NCBI RefSeq assembly: GCF_006345805.1
Contig: NC_043000.1
Coordinates: 157,604,001-157,668,000, forward strand
From: Octopus sinensis
Lineage: Eukaryota
Reading direction: 5' to 3'
Length of the DNA: 64,000 nucleotides
Position 1 is the stretch's first letter; every line of letters begins with the position of its first letter. This document shows positions 12,330-27,424 of this stretch, one piece after another. Under the pieces are notes generated by a model. The model was not told the origin of the DNA and did no database searches. It saw nothing but the letters and a program-made list of their open reading frames with translations. The position numbers and the translations under genes are program-made.

Positions 12330-14230
12330 ATGTGCTATGTAACATCTCTAGTGGAATATATTTGGGTTTTGAGAGACGGGCGACAAACTAAACATAATCG
12401 AAAATGGATTATTGTTGCCAGTGCATACAACGATCAATGCAATCGTCTTTATCTATGTGCAATTTAAAATACTCAAGATTTTCGCAATTGAATTCTTCCC
12501 AGTTATGTTTGATACACTAAAGATGAAAATGTCATTCTTTCGTGCAACGGAATTTAAACTCCAGGTGTTCTCCATATTGTGTAAACTGACTGAACTTAAC
12601 ATTTCTTTGCTTACATGCATGCAAAAATAATTTCTTTAAAAAAAGATTTTTCAATATTCATTGTACTACCTTTGGTAGTGTTTCGACGAAACAATTTTCC
12701 ATAAAAATGTTTAATGAGATGTGTTTATCAATGAAGTACAGACATGTATTTTTATTTTGGTTATAGTGTTTGAAAATCGAGGGTGAGTTAAAAGATATAA
12801 TGCTATAACTTCGTTTCGCTTTGTCGATTTTTTGGCCTTAGAAGTGAAGCAAATCATATCATTGAATCTGCTATTCTTTAGAGCATTATTCCAGTACAAA
12901 TTGAATAAAGATATTTTTGTAACAAGAGGTCAACAATTCTTTCGCATACATATAGCATATTTGAGAGCGATGTGATTTTATGGTGATCAGGTTTCTTATA
13001 TTTACGCACACAGATTTAAGATTTAATTTTCTTGTGTGGTTGATATCAGTTTGAATCTAAATTTAATATTAGATATAAAACAAATAAAAAATAGCTATGC
13101 TTATATTAATTGATAATGCTATTTTAAAAACAGAGCTATTAAAGGTACTGATTAAATCTTTTGTGAATTCACCCAAATTTTGGCCGTTAGATTTGGTGCG
13201 TGATAAGACATTTATTGTCTTTACATAAGCCTAAATCTAACGATTTGAATTTATCGTTTAGGGTGTTTAAAATGTGTAACTCGATCATTTCCCATATTTC
13301 ATCACCATGAAACGTGTCCATACATACTAATTCACCACAATTAACTCCCAACACTGAAAGAGAAGTTTTATCAAGAAAGTGACGTTTTTCTTTTTTATGA
13401 TTTGGCATGCAAGATTATTTTCACACCAATATCATTTACAGCGTAACATATTTTGACAAATGTTTAGACACTGGTGAATAAGGGATTGAAGAGGAATGGT
13501 TAGAACCAATGCATAAAAATTGACAAATAAATTAAATTGTGTAAAGTTACAATTAATTTATAACTGACACTCTCGAACCAACTGACTTCTGAATTGCTAT
13601 TACACTACTGTCGGATGTTGCCTTTCCTGACTGCAACATTTACATTACTTAAAATGTGTCTGTTAATTAATTCGATTCGGCTTTCAGTTGAGTTGATTAA
13701 TCTACATTTGTAATTGAAGCTCTCTTTGTTAGCTTTTAATGTGATGTGTACTTCACGCTTGACTAAGCATTCTATAAGTTGTTCTAGTTTTAATTGAGTT
13801 AAAATATCTTTGGCTACGATATTGATATCGTTGTACGTGTGTGAATTGAAATTTCAATAGTTTACAGCGATATTGTACTGTTGCAGTTTGATACACATAT
13901 CAATATCTAATTAAACAGTTTTAGTTTATTACAAAACGCAGAAGGTTTCTTAAATTTCTTAGTTTTCCAGATTAGAATTTAGCGTATGTTGGAAAATATG
14001 GCGTTTACAAAATCTTATTTTACGTATTATTTCTGATTCACATGTTCTTATCACACATATTTGTAGTTTTATATACAGTTTATAAATATTGGTAGTGCAG
14101 CAAATTATATTACAGAACCTCCGATCGTTTTGAGTGTTCAAGTAATGACATTTTTAAAAGAGCATTGTTTCAGCTGTCAAATATCTTTTGGCATTAGTTA
14201 TTAATATGTTTAAAAATGAGTTCTGTTATT
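12330..14230 (-). mobile_element. Decayed Penelope-like element ORF (N-terminal region, RT, linker, probable degenerate GIY-YIG)
   Basis: Manual minus-strand translation, in order: IRKIRF..FQHTLNSNLEN; LDIDMCIKLQQYNIAVNY*NFNSHTYNDINIVAKDI; EVHITLKANKESFNYKCRLINSTES...SWFESV; KIILHAKS; CMDTFHGDEIWEMIELHILNTLNDKF..LGLCKDN (decayed MGSFDGAE...GLYRDD); YWNNALKNSRFND; DKH..FYGKLFRRNT. Many stops and frameshifts; ends are approximate. Confidence 0.8.
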
Positions 14231-14625
14231 GGTGATTAGCATTCATATTTGTCTACATGAGATTTACATTGAAGGTATATTATTCACGCTATACATTAAG
14301 CCCATAATATTCCGATTAGCAGAAATCAGAGTGACACAGGATATCACTATATTTTGATTGACACACTCGGTCAACAAATTAACACACCATAGTACTACAC
14401 ATTAAAATGCATTGCATGCATATTCTTTTATACAAACACACACACACACACGCACGTACGCACACACACAGCATCAACAAGGTAACTTTCTTAATCATCT
14501 GAGCTTACAACTGTCGCTTTTCTTTATGAGACTGCACTTAGTGCAACAATATTCCGTATCCCTTGTCAGTTCTCTCTTGGCTAATCTTTAAGCTATTTTT
14601 GTTTATATTTTTCCAAACATTTTAC

Positions 14626-14801
14626 CGAAATTTTTCACAAGATACTTCTATTTCACTGTCATTTCGAACCAAAGCGATGGAGATTACTTCTATCTTTTGT
14701 GCAGAGCTGCCTTTCATCGTGGTTTCATTATGTGCTCCAGCTAACAGTAACGACTTGTGCTTATCGTTCAAGGATAATCCGCCTAAAATAGTAACTTCAC
14801 A
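14626..14801 (-). CDS. Candidate isolated coding exon, product unknown
   Basis: ttttatcattctAG|TGT...TTT CG|GTaaaa; 176 nt, open only in phase 0 (CEVTILGGLSLNDKHKSLLLAGAHNETTMKGSSAQKIEVISIALVRNDSEIEVSCEKF). No homolog recognised. Confidence 0.2.
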
Positions 14802-15169
14802 CTAGAATGATAAAATGTGCTCTTTTCGTCTTTCAAACAATTAGAAGCAGAAAAAAAAAGATAACAAATATTCAATGTACCCAGATATGAGTTGACGGCT
14901 GTCTCTCTTTCTCACTCTCCCTCTGCTTATATATGCGTGTGTGTATGTTTTTATACACATACACAAACGCAAACACATACACACACACACAAACACACGT
15001 ATATATGAATGTGTATGATGCATTTGTAGAAGGGACAGTCAAACATTAAATGATGAAAGCAGCAGAACTGAAACTTCGAAGTAAATTTTAACTTTTTTCC
15101 CCTGTAAAAACAATATATATTTCCATGTATCTATTTCTGCACACCCGGCACATACACATCTACTTACAC

Positions 15170-15280
<111 letters not shown>

Positions 15281-16004
15281 CTCACACATCCTTATGCTTC
15301 TATATAAGTAGGTTTCTTGTACAAGCTGTGTGTACTTTCTCACCGACAGCAGCCTATCAGAATCTTGTAGCTGTATTTCCCAATATAAGATTTATGAGCG
15401 CATGATACTCAAGATATGTAGTATACTCAAGCTATCCAACAGCCGATATCTTCAGTTATATCTTTTGCATCCTTTGTTTTTGGATGTTTGCTCTTAGGTA
15501 GTGGGAATCTGCTTGCAACTTTTATGTTTATTCTTATAAGCAGATATAGTTAGAACCTACCGCTTCTGAAGAAATGCAAGATTTTTTTTTTATTTCTTAT
15601 TCCTTTGTTTATATATCTATTCTCTGATATAAAAAATAACGATAAGGAATACCTAAATAAAATGAAAAATTTTATAAGGAAAAACTTAGAAACTTAGATG
15701 AGTATCACAAAATATCTAGATTAAACTTGTAATCGATATTATAACGAGGTGAAATATGTATATAACATAAATGTTGATAAGTAGACTAGATAAGCAAAAT
15801 CGCAACCAATAATTGAATTGTAATGTGTCGCATTGCTGACCGAAGTGTCAGTACTTCGTATCCTGGCATCGCTGGTACTTGACCAACATATGTGTAGTTG
15901 AATGTCTCAGAACTCTTAGCTGTGAATTAGAAAAATTTAACTAATCAATACAAGAAGTGTATAACTAACGGGTCATCGAACCAACAAAGAAGTTCATCGT
16001 CACT

Positions 16005-16236
16005 ATAGTAACTACTACTACTACTGCTGCTACTATTGCTACTACTGCTACTACTACTGCTGCTGCTGCCCCTGTTGCTGTCCCTGTTGCTGCTGCTCCT
16101 GTCACCAGTGCCGCCACCGCTGCTGCTACTCCTCCTCCTCCTCCTCCTCCTCCTACTACTACTACTACTACTATTACTACTACTACTGCTGTTACAGCTG
16201 CTGCCGCCGCCACTGCTCCTGCTGCTCCTGCTGCAC

Positions 16237-16269
<33 letters not shown>

Positions 16270-16360
16270 TCATCATTATCATCATCATCCTCGTCATCGT
16301 TGTCCTCACCGTCGTCGTCATCATCATCACCATCATCATCACCATCATACTCATCATATC
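16005..16360. repeat. Compound trinucleotide array (CTA/CTG/CCT/CAT)
   Basis: Direct reading; this is the source of the poly-L/V/A ORFs. Confidence 0.95.
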
Positions 16361-18654
16361 GCCAGTACGCCAGTATATTCTGTTTAATAATAGTGGCACC
16401 TACATCACTCTAAAGTCACCTGAAGTTCAAAGAATCATATCTGAAGAATCATATCTGTGGTAACACAACCGCAGCTCAAAGAAAGACTATTTAGATCTAG
16501 GGCGTACAAAGATCATAATAGCCCTAGATACACCTCAAACACCGTTAAATTCGAAATGCCTTTGATGACAGGTTTTTCATGCCGAGCCTAGCTCCAAACA
16601 ACAACTACACAACATGAACAACAACTGATGAATGTCAAGTGTGATAGAAATGAAGAAAGCTCCAGTGGTATATTGCTCAAGAAACAAACAGAAAAAATTC
16701 ATTTACAGAAACATCAAATATCTACGTGGTGAAATGTTTAATATCGTAATATAACACAATATAGATTTAAAATAGAGACATATATCCTTGGTGAATCTTG
16801 TTACTTTTCTGATCAACTGAAATAAGATAATTCATTTCAAATTTATGTTTGTCACAAGCTCTTCAGGTATCATTAGAAAATTTCACAGTGTTGCATTGCT
16901 TTTATCCAAGTCTCAAGTTCTGTTTCTGCTCATAGTTTTTCTTGCATACCCCAACTTCCACTTATTTAGGTTTGCATTGCCCAAACATTCTTCAACAGTT
17001 TAGAAGAACACTACATACTAAGCATGTGCATTAAAATTCTGATATCGGTTATATATGAATATGGCCTGTCCTAGTATCCCTTGGTTATTCACTCAAAACA
17101 GGAGGTAGTTCAACCCTAGCTTCACACGCAGTAGATTTCGTTCTTATTCTTTAATAGTGACCAACCAAATATTTCCAAGATAATGTAGCCTCTTTTGTTG
17201 AAGAGTTGCTGCAGCCATTACTGCTTCAACGGATCGCCGGCCTGTAGATGTTACTCGTAGCGGATAGATATACATTAATCACATGTTAACTGTAATAGTC
17301 ACACCGTTTAATGGTACTAAAAACTGATAAGGTCAAATAGTTTTATTGTTTTTGTATAGTTTTCATCGAGCAGACATTTGATCAAAACAACCCTATGTTT
17401 GAGATGTATGTAAGACCATATCATTGAATGTATCATTTCCCTATTTAAAATGGTGGTGTCTTAGTTGAGGAAGATATGGTTGCTATTTCTAGCCTGTTGG
17501 ATGGTGATGTAGCGGTTCTCTTGTGACTCAAGCTAGATGTTGGTTTACCTTGAGTTTATATACAGGAGAATATTTTGGTTTTGGTCATTTGCCTCTGTGT
17601 GAAGCATTAGTCTCTAATTCATTTCACAGCACATCAAAGTGCATCTATTCAGGCTGTATCCCCAATCCAGTTGTTGCCAATATAATTCATCAGTAAACTA
17701 CAAATTCTACTCTTATTTATGAGTTGTGCTCATGATCAGACGTTAGCAATTTACCATAAGTATATCTCGGTAAGATTTACATTTATATCCATTATCAGTT
17801 AAAAACCTCGTCAATTATTTTGCTTAGAAGCGGCACTCAGTTGCATATGTAATCATATATCTTTTAATAGGAAACTGATTTGATCAAACCTAATCGTTCG
17901 CTTATGATTCATACTCTCGTGGAAATTTCCTTTATCATTCCTTAAAATGACGCTGCATGTTGATTAAGTACAAATTACCTTGAAAATGATAGACTAGCTA
18001 GACAATAGCCAATGAATGTGTTTTTAACAATATATATCTGACATATGCCATGCATACAACCACTATATATAGAAGGAATCTGTGTATATCACGTGACAAT
18101 AGATTAATTGTATATGTGGAGAGAAATAATCAATCAGTCAATATATTTAGAATAAGTATATACGCAATATCTAGAACTCAACGATATTTACAGGCCATAG
18201 CGTGCATATATCGACCAAACAAATTAATGTAAATATCAATAAAAGAAATATGGGAATAAAGCAAACCAGAGAATACGTGTAGTAATGGCTCTCGATGGCC
18301 GGCAACTGCAATATTTATTTTCGAGGGAATGAGAAGTAGCGTTAAATATAAGATGGCGATAAGGTTTCTCATTGAAGTTTTCGCAAATTGTAGCGTAACT
18401 TTTAGTCCAAGGTCTAACGTGTTAACCACACGCAACAATGAGCCTCTCAATGTCATTATCAACGGCTCGCTGTAGACTAACGAGACACAAGATAACACTT
18501 CTTTATTTTTCAATTACATTAAGCGTTGTAATTTGCCACTTATAATTAACTACACGGCTATACAAATTGAAAGTAGGATCTATCATAGAAATGGATAAAT
18601 AAAACCTGGACGTATAAGATCAATAAATTAATATATGAGGTAAAACCAGGCCAA

Positions 18655-19203
<549 letters not shown>

Positions 19204-19589
19204 TACCACAGAAGCAACTACATGCACGTATAGAGGAAATTCTTTTTATAAACTATCAAAATATTCAGGTTTACATATTAAATGCGTCAGTGTATATTTA
19301 CTCTAAAAAATTTTGGGAACTTCTTTCTGTAACGGGAAACTCTTCATATGCGCGCGTGCGTGTATTTATGGGTGTGCGCTGTAGTGTTCGAGTATATGAG
19401 CGTGTACGTATGCTAAACGTCAGATACTGTGCTCTGTTCCGGTGTCGGTATTGTTTAGCGAATAACTTAGAAAACATGCTGTTGAAAGAAGCTGGTAAAT
19501 GATGATATTACTTTCCTTTGTTGGATTGTATGGAAGAGACTGAAGGCCGTCAAAATTAGTGAAATTAACGTAATCAATGTTGCTCTTGA

Positions 19590-19653
19590 AATTGCACACA
19601 CACACACGCACACACACACACACACACACAAACACACGCACGCACACACACAC

Positions 19654-19736
<83 letters not shown>

Positions 19737-19750
19737 TATATATATATATG
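19590..19750. repeat. (CA)n-(TA)n microsatellite
   Basis: Direct reading. Confidence 0.95.
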
Positions 19751-20189
19751 TACAAGCACGCACAGTTAAATAGATAAATGGATTGATAGATAGGTTATTA
19801 GAAGGTATTCCAGAGATCCAATGTTCTGGCGGGGGAAGGATATCCAGGCTTAAAATTTAGTATATGCCCTGGTGGAATATAAAATATGGCTGACAAGAAG
19901 AAATAGAGTGAGTGATTGGTGATAACATCGGATGATTCATTTTTGAGTGGGGCAGAAGTGTTAAGTGCAAAAGTAGATGTAAGAGAGGGGAAGAGAGACA
20001 GCAACGCGCCTGCGTGACAAATGTAGATGTGTGTTTGTAAGCAAATTCATACCAATCAATGAAATCGTTTCTTGCGTTATCGCCCAAGATGTTTGTAGAA
20101 CACCAGTAGAGTTCCGAATGTACGAGCATTAATCTCAACTAAAATTACTGTCATAGGCTATTAGAATACAAATTTCAAATTTTGGCAAA

Positions 20190-20345
20190 ATGTCAGGAAT
20201 GTTTGGGGAGCGGGTAAGTCTATTACATCAACACCAGTATTCAACTAGCACTTATTTTATCGACCCAGGAAGAATAAAAAGCAAAGTCGACCTTCGCAGA
20301 ATTGGAAGTCAAAACCTAAAGACGGACGAAACGCCGCTAAGCCTA
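20190..20345 (-). mobile_element. SINE family A fragment
   Basis: ttttatcgaccca..aagaataaaaagcaaagtcgacct...gacggacgaaacgccgctaagc matches family A (reverse complement). Confidence 0.7.
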
Positions 20346-20630
20346 TATTTTCTAGGCTATTAAAATATTAAAAATAAGAAATATACAACTGAATTGAACT
20401 TGCAAACTTGCAACTAGCTATGGAGTGAAATTTTTATTCACATATAATCTATCTATCTGTCTATGTGCATATATATGCTTATGTATATATATATGTATAT
20501 GCACACACACACACAGATACACACTCACACAAATAAATACACACAAACTCACGGACGCATATATATATGTGTGTGTGTGTGTAGAGACAGAGACAGAGAG
20601 AGAGAGAAAGGGAGAGAGAGAGAAAGAGAG

Positions 20631-20661
<31 letters not shown>

Positions 20662-20882
20662 AAGAGAGAGGGAAAGAGAAAGTATAAACTCTATTTAACT
20701 GAGAGGACCATATTTCAAAGTAGTTCTCAGTATTCCTACAGAGTACAATGAATGCGTTTATTAGTACCCATAGAAACACACGTGAGGTCTCAAGGGTTCT
20801 TTTGATGTAAGAATATACATACGTACAGGCAGACGCACATACACACGCATATACACACACTCAGACACATACACACACACGC

Positions 20883-20928
<46 letters not shown>

Positions 20929-21152
20929 GCATATAATACAAACGCACATGCATGAGTAGTACATATATACACACATACATGAATACATACATATATATAT
21001 ATATATAATGCCACACATACACACACACCTAAACACACATATACGTATATATATGTATAAATACATATATAATACATGCATAATACATATATAATACATA
21101 CATACACATGTACACATATACACCTAACTACATATAGAGATATATGTATGTA

Positions 21153-21183
<31 letters not shown>

Positions 21184-21708
21184 AAATATATATATATATA
21201 TACATACATATAAAATACATATCTATAATACATATATAATGAACGCATACACATACATACCTAACTATATATATATGTGTTTTTGTATGTAATTATATGT
21301 ATGTAATTGCATGTGTGAGTGTGATAAAATAAATTGTTTTTTAGAGATCTTTCAGATTTTAATCTATATAAAAAGAAATTGAATTAATGCTGATGTGTTA
21401 GATTAGCAAAAATTAACTAATTTATCCATAGGAACAATATCGTCTTCTGAATCGATTTCATTCATTCCCAGGCACTTATTGAACAACGTGAACCAGCCTC
21501 TGATACCGGCACAAAGGGGAAAACTAGCGAAGAGAGCTGCTGTACAGTCACCCGACCAGCTTCCTGCCATCGCAATAGATCGTATACACGAGAGCACTCG
21601 TACACACACACACACACTCGCATGCGTTCACGGGCACACGTATATGTAGAAACACAAACGCCTGCAATGTTGAAGCACCCATACCATGAAACCCACAACA
21701 CACCATAA

Positions 21709-21709
<1 letters not shown>

Positions 21710-21779
<70 letters not shown>

Positions 21780-21780
21780 C
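21710..21780. repeat. (ACT)n microsatellite
   Basis: Direct reading. Confidence 0.97.
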
Positions 21781-22114
21781 TGTCCCATTAGCACCACATG
21801 CTGGCGTTAACAGCTGCTTTAAACATTGACTCGAAGCCAACAATTTGTACGGCCATGTCTAGAATGTTGAATTGTCTCCATTCTAGGCTCAGTGTTTTGT
21901 TTACCGGAAACAGTGTAATGAAATTCAAATAGACTTGTAGTACGATTTGATCCGGAACGTAGAACTAATAATTAAATTGAATATTGGTAGGTATTTAGTC
22001 CTAAAATCTCTGGTTTTCTCTCACCATTGCTCGATATGCTAAAAAAAAAAAACAACCAAATTTCTGGCAAAATATAGACTACATATTATCTCTTATATCC
22101 CATTTTTATTATTC

Positions 22115-22320
22115 CGTTAGACTACGGTCATGCTGGGGCACTACCTTAAAGGTTTAGACTTCTACACAGTTCCCATCTACTAACTCCTCTCAAAAGGTTT
22201 TGGTCGATCCAGAGCTGAAGTAGAAGACATTCACCTAAGGTGTCGCGTGATGGGAGAGAACACGAAACAACGAGATTCGAAAGCAAGCCTCTCAGCCACG
22301 TAGCCATGCGTGCGACTATG
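22115..22320 (-). mobile_element. Degenerate SINE family B
   Basis: actacggtcatgctggggcactacc, agtagaagacattcacctaaggtg and cagccacgtagccatgcgtgcg are recognisable against family B. Confidence 0.55.
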
Positions 22321-25300
22321 TATATTCGGTATTAACAAACTTTTTAATCATAATATCACACACGATGGCATAACACATTGAATAATCTTTATAAAATAGA
22401 ACTACAATCACCCTCGCTGACGCAATTGCTACTACTACTTTTACTATTAAACAATCGTATCATATCTCTATCGTTATTTTCAACGCTTCACTATCACAGT
22501 CTCTCTTCTATCACAGCCATCCTGATAGCACCGGTATTAACAGCAGCATCATCATTCTCATCACCATTCTTTTACATTGCTATCACAGCCACCATCACCA
22601 CCACTACCATCATAATCATCATTATCATCGTACTCGTCATCATCATCATCATCATCATTCCCATCCAATTTCCTAAAGTTAATAATCAACTTTCTTCTAA
22701 GGAGTTTGTCAGTTCGTTAAATTCATGTTTTTTGAAATTGATTTGGACATCATAAATTAATAAGCTGTCACCATGATATCTAACATCATCCACATCCCTA
22801 ATTTATAAGGAGAACTCCTCACCAACCCATACACACCTATCGATCAACGCCAACACTACAGCACATATAAAAACAAAAATGCATTAATTGCAAATATACC
22901 ACAAAAACCGCAAAGAAAAAAAAACTACGGAAAACACAGACAAAATGCCTCCAAAAGCAATATATAATATATAATGGGAGAGATATTAAATTTTCAAATC
23001 ATGTAGATAATTATATAAAAAATAAAGAGAAAGGGTTTTAAAAAATATTTTTCTTCAAGATAGAGAGATAGATAATAAGTGAAATTAGAATGATCAAATC
23101 TTTGCTCAAGATGAAAATTGCCTATTTAACGTGACATTTTCTCTCGCTAATAATGCCTAATAATCATTTAATGTTGGCACATGGAGCCTATATTTTGAGC
23201 AAATTCAAAATACAATCAGAAATCAAAATTGCATTCTCGGCTTGTGATTCTAACTACTTGCTGTACGGAACGTGTTCGTCACCGTAGAATAGGTTGAGTA
23301 ACGGACGAAATTCTCTGTCGCATTCATTTTCATTATGTTCTATTTAACTCCAGGTTTCGATTCTGGGCGATTTCAGTTTAAACTTTCGCCATTCTGGGTT
23401 CGATAAATGTAACGGTTGTCAAGTATTGGAATCAAGTTCGATTGACCAAATCTTTCAAAATATATTTGTAAGATATCATATTAGTAGTTTATTTTGGTAG
23501 GACGCAAGTAACGCAAAATTATAATATTAATATATTAGTTATATGATAAAAATAAATGGCTTTAAGGTATCTTTTACTTGCTCTGAGCTTAATATTTGCT
23601 GTTGGTGAAATCATGCCTTATATTAGAATTTCTAACTGCAGTACAAACATATAAAAGTTAAAAAAACAAGAGCCATTCCAGTGTGCATTGACTTTATTTT
23701 CCAAAAATATCCACTAACTGATATTATAGGAACTGTCATTCTTGTCTGTTGATTTTAGATTTTTAAATAACCTGGAGTGAGTTTTTTGTCTACAAATCGC
23801 ATGTTCATTAGCAGTTTATGGAAACTTTTTTCAACTCAATGTACCTGTGAGACTCTACTGTTTATAAACTTATCTATTTGGTAATGGTAAAGTCGATTTA
23901 ACAAGCAGTGTTATATTACAGCCACTTGCTTCCTGAAGACTAGAATGTAGCAGTCTACACCTGCAGAATATTGAGCAAAATATTGAAAAGTATGAAGTTC
24001 GCTATTGTATACTGAGCAGCTTATTTCTTTCGACAGATGAGAAAGTTGATTTTTTTCAAGGGTTCAAGTATAATCAGTTTTGTCTATTCACTAATTACCA
24101 GTACATTTTGTTTATCTCTGCTTTATTAATAACAAAGTTAGCTTCGGTTGGATTAACAAATAATTTGAGCGTAAAATGATGCAAGCAAATAGCACATTAT
24201 ACATTATTTTATCCCTCAATCTATTGATTCAGCCATCGGCTGCATAGCAATATGTTTTGTATAGGTACAAGAACTCACATTAATATGTTGTGACGTTTAT
24301 GCTTTCCGAAGATTATTAAACATAGATATGAAATAAAAGGATTTCAAATTGGAACCTTTAGCTTCATTTATATTAATAAGTAATCCCAAATCTCTCTCTT
24401 ATATTTTAGAAGAAATGAAATAAAAATGGAGTGTAATTATATTCATCCTTCTCCTGAAGACAATGCAAGCTTAAAATGAGAGCAAAATTCGGAATCATAG
24501 AACACTGATGTGAGACATCTTTGACAAGAATGATATTAATAGTTAAAGGAGAGTTTTTGCATCAAATCAGTTAACATAATGAGCTAAAAATAGCTGACGT
24601 TTCGATAGTATAACCTGACTTTAATTCTAATAGAATTTTCAACTCCTTGAACTTTGCATTTTGCTGTAAGGTATTCTCCAGAAATTTGTCTTTGAAATTC
24701 GTTTCAATTTGGCAACGCACAAAGTTTGTAGCTAAGAGGAAATGAAATGCTTGACGGTTATGTCTTTAATGAAAGCATTAACCGATCGAGTACGTAATAT
24801 ATATAAGGCTTCAAAATGACATCGGAAATGTATCGTAAGCTCGATTTTCATACGACGTATTTTTTCAACCGAATTAATCACAATAAATATACGATATTTT
24901 AAGAGACGATATAGTTAAGCTTCGAGCAAATTTACCGTCTAAGTTACCTTCCTTTGTAATGTGAGTTAGAATACCAGAATTGGTAAAAAAAATAAGCGCT
25001 ACTTAAGTTCTGGAAAAGGTATAATCAACTGTTTTCCCCTCCACAAATACGTAAGTTTGTGATCAAAATAGTTATTAATGTATTAGAAATATGAGGCAGG
25101 AGTGAACGAAGAAGGGAAAAGTAGTAGAAGAGCAAGAATGGTCGACTGTCGGATTGTGAACGTGTCGTATCGTATAGTTAGGACTATTTAAAGGTTGAGT
25201 TCCCGCATCCATGATATTTGAAAATATCTCAAGTGTTTTCACTGAGATATAATGTGACGCAAAAACCTATAGCCCAATGCTAATATGGAAAATAACTATT

Positions 25301-25399
25301 TAGAGGAGGAGAAACGATATATTGTGAAGTTATGCCTCTACGAATAGTGTTACTGTTATGCCAATGCTTTTCGCTAAAACCGTTTTCAAATTTTGACTC

Positions 25400-25550
25400 A
25401 AGGCCATTAATTACTGGGGAAAAGCTAAGTTGATTAAATCAACCCCCCAAAGAATGAAAATAAAAGTCAACCCCGGCGGGATTTGAACGCAGAACATAAA
25501 GACGGATGAAATGCTGCTAAGCATTTCGCCTGGCATGGTAACGGTGCTGC
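25400..25550 (-). mobile_element. SINE family A fragment
   Basis: aaagaatgaaaataaaagtcaaccccggcgggatttgaacgcagaac. Confidence 0.7.
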
Positions 25551-27024
25551 TATCTGAGTAATATTAGCTCATACTTCGCTATTATTAAACACAAGGGTCT
25601 ATAGAGTTAGTTCTTATTTCTTTTATGCAAAACTTTAGATGGATGAGTGAATTTAGAAGAAACTATCATCCTCTTGCAAGGCCGCTAGTCTATTGAAGGA
25701 AAATTAAAACATTAGATATTGAATTAATCATACATTACTCATCATTTGCTCGACACTGACACTACTTGCCTTGATGAATTTAACCAGATGAAAATGGATT
25801 TAGAATTCGACAGAAATTTTGTTGGTTGCAAATCATTACGAGGAGTTGACTACTTGATATAATAACCGCTACCTTATCCACCCGGATATCCGTATCACCA
25901 GTCTGTTTCATTTGTGATAAACAGAATATGAAATGGCAGCAGATTGGAGGTGGAACTCAAATTTTGGATGTGTTGTATTATGTTATTTGGTTAGTATTAT
26001 TTGTAGTTGTGGTGGTGGGGGTGATGATGCTGATGACGAAGATGAGGATGACGACAAAGAATATGATAAAATATTAGTATAATGCTGCTGTTATTGTTGT
26101 TGTTTTTATATTGTTTTGTTGTTGTTCATGGTACTAGGGTTGGTGATGGCGTCAATTCTGGTAGCTGGAATTTTTAAAAAGGTCTCTTTCCACGATTAAT
26201 GAAACATAAAAAACAGTGATAGGGAAGAAATAACTTTAAAAATATATAAAACTAATTAAAATATGTATATGTGTGCATGTGCATGAGAGAGCGTAATTGT
26301 GTGTGCGCGTGTATTGCGTGTTAGCGTGTGTGGGTAAAACAATATTTGTACGTGCATTTATTTGTATGTGAATAAGACTGTGTGCCAGTAATTGTGTGTC
26401 TGTATTTTTCTGATCATGTATGACAGTGTGCGATAATGCAGTTGTGTATCTGACATTATGTGTTTGGGGATGATTGTGTTTGTTCTTGTATGGCTTTGTA
26501 TGTGCGTGTGGGGTTTTGTCCATATGTATGCATGTGAAATGATAGAAAACACCCCCCTCTGTATTCCAGCACACACATACAAAATGAAAAAAAAAATACA
26601 AATACAATTGATATAATACAATACAGTACAATAAAATATAATGGCTTTAAAATGCAACCAAACAAAATGTAAGATGAAAGGGCTTTTTTTCCCTTCTTCC
26701 TGATAATTCAGTAGAAATAATAGTTAGTTGTGCAACAGTGGTGGTTTGAGGTGATAATGTGTTGCACCGGAGGTTTGAAGTGATAATGGAGGACAAAATA
26801 TGTTGTGACGGTATTTATTGGTAGTAGTGGCCGTTGTAGCACTGATAGTGTAAATAGTTGCATTTGTTTTAGTTGTTGTGTTGATGGTAGCTTAGGTGTT
26901 AATGTTTGTAGTAGTTTTAACATTATTGGTTGTGCGAGTGGAGAGCGTGCTGCTGCTGCTGCTAATGTTAGTATCAGGAGTAGTAATGCTAGTGATGGTG
27001 GTGCTACTAGTAGTAATAATAGTA

Positions 27025-27240
27025 GTAGGCAGCGAGCTGGCAGAAACGTTAGTACGCCGGGCGAAATGCGTAGCCGTATTTCGTCTGCCGTTACGTTCTG
27101 AGTTCAAATTTCGCCCACGTCGACTTTGCCTCGATAAATTAAGTATCAGGTACGCACTGGGGTTTATCTAATCGACTTAATCCCTTTGTCTGTCCTTGTT
27201 CGTCCCCTCTATGTTAACTCCTTGTGGGAAATAGAGAAAT
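27025..27240 (+). mobile_element. SINE family A, monomer
   Basis: ggcagcgagctggcagaaacgttagtacgccgggcgaaatgcg...gagttcaaattt...gtccttgttcgtcccctct. Confidence 0.85.
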
Positions 27241-27424
27241 AAGTAATGATAGTAGTAGTAAGAAGACGTATTACTATCTCCGGTGGGAGTACGGTGGGAA
27301 ATAAGTAAAGGAGAATAGTTGTGTTTGTGGTTTGTATTTGAAGCTAGTACTAGACGCAATATCGATATTGGAAATGATAGTATTATTCGTCATAGAAACT
27401 ACTATTAGCGATTGCAACATGGAA

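Noticed and set aside
13471-13506. Textbook-looking minus-strand branch point and acceptor (ttctaac...ttcaccag)
   Set aside because: It lies inside the fossil PLE RT and all frames close within 13 codons.
15965-16413. 144-aa and 125-aa poly-V/A/G/L/S ORFs resembling a homopolymer-rich protein
   Set aside because: They lie entirely within a compound trinucleotide array, with no domain or splice support.
16625-16655. CTGATGA-a-tgtca/tgata-GAAA
   Set aside because: No G10.1-C11.1 pair, no helix III/UH triplet and no helix I; likely chance.
24594-24604. Minus-strand CGAAACGTCAG, a typical PLE hammerhead tail
   Set aside because: No upstream core or helix II found.
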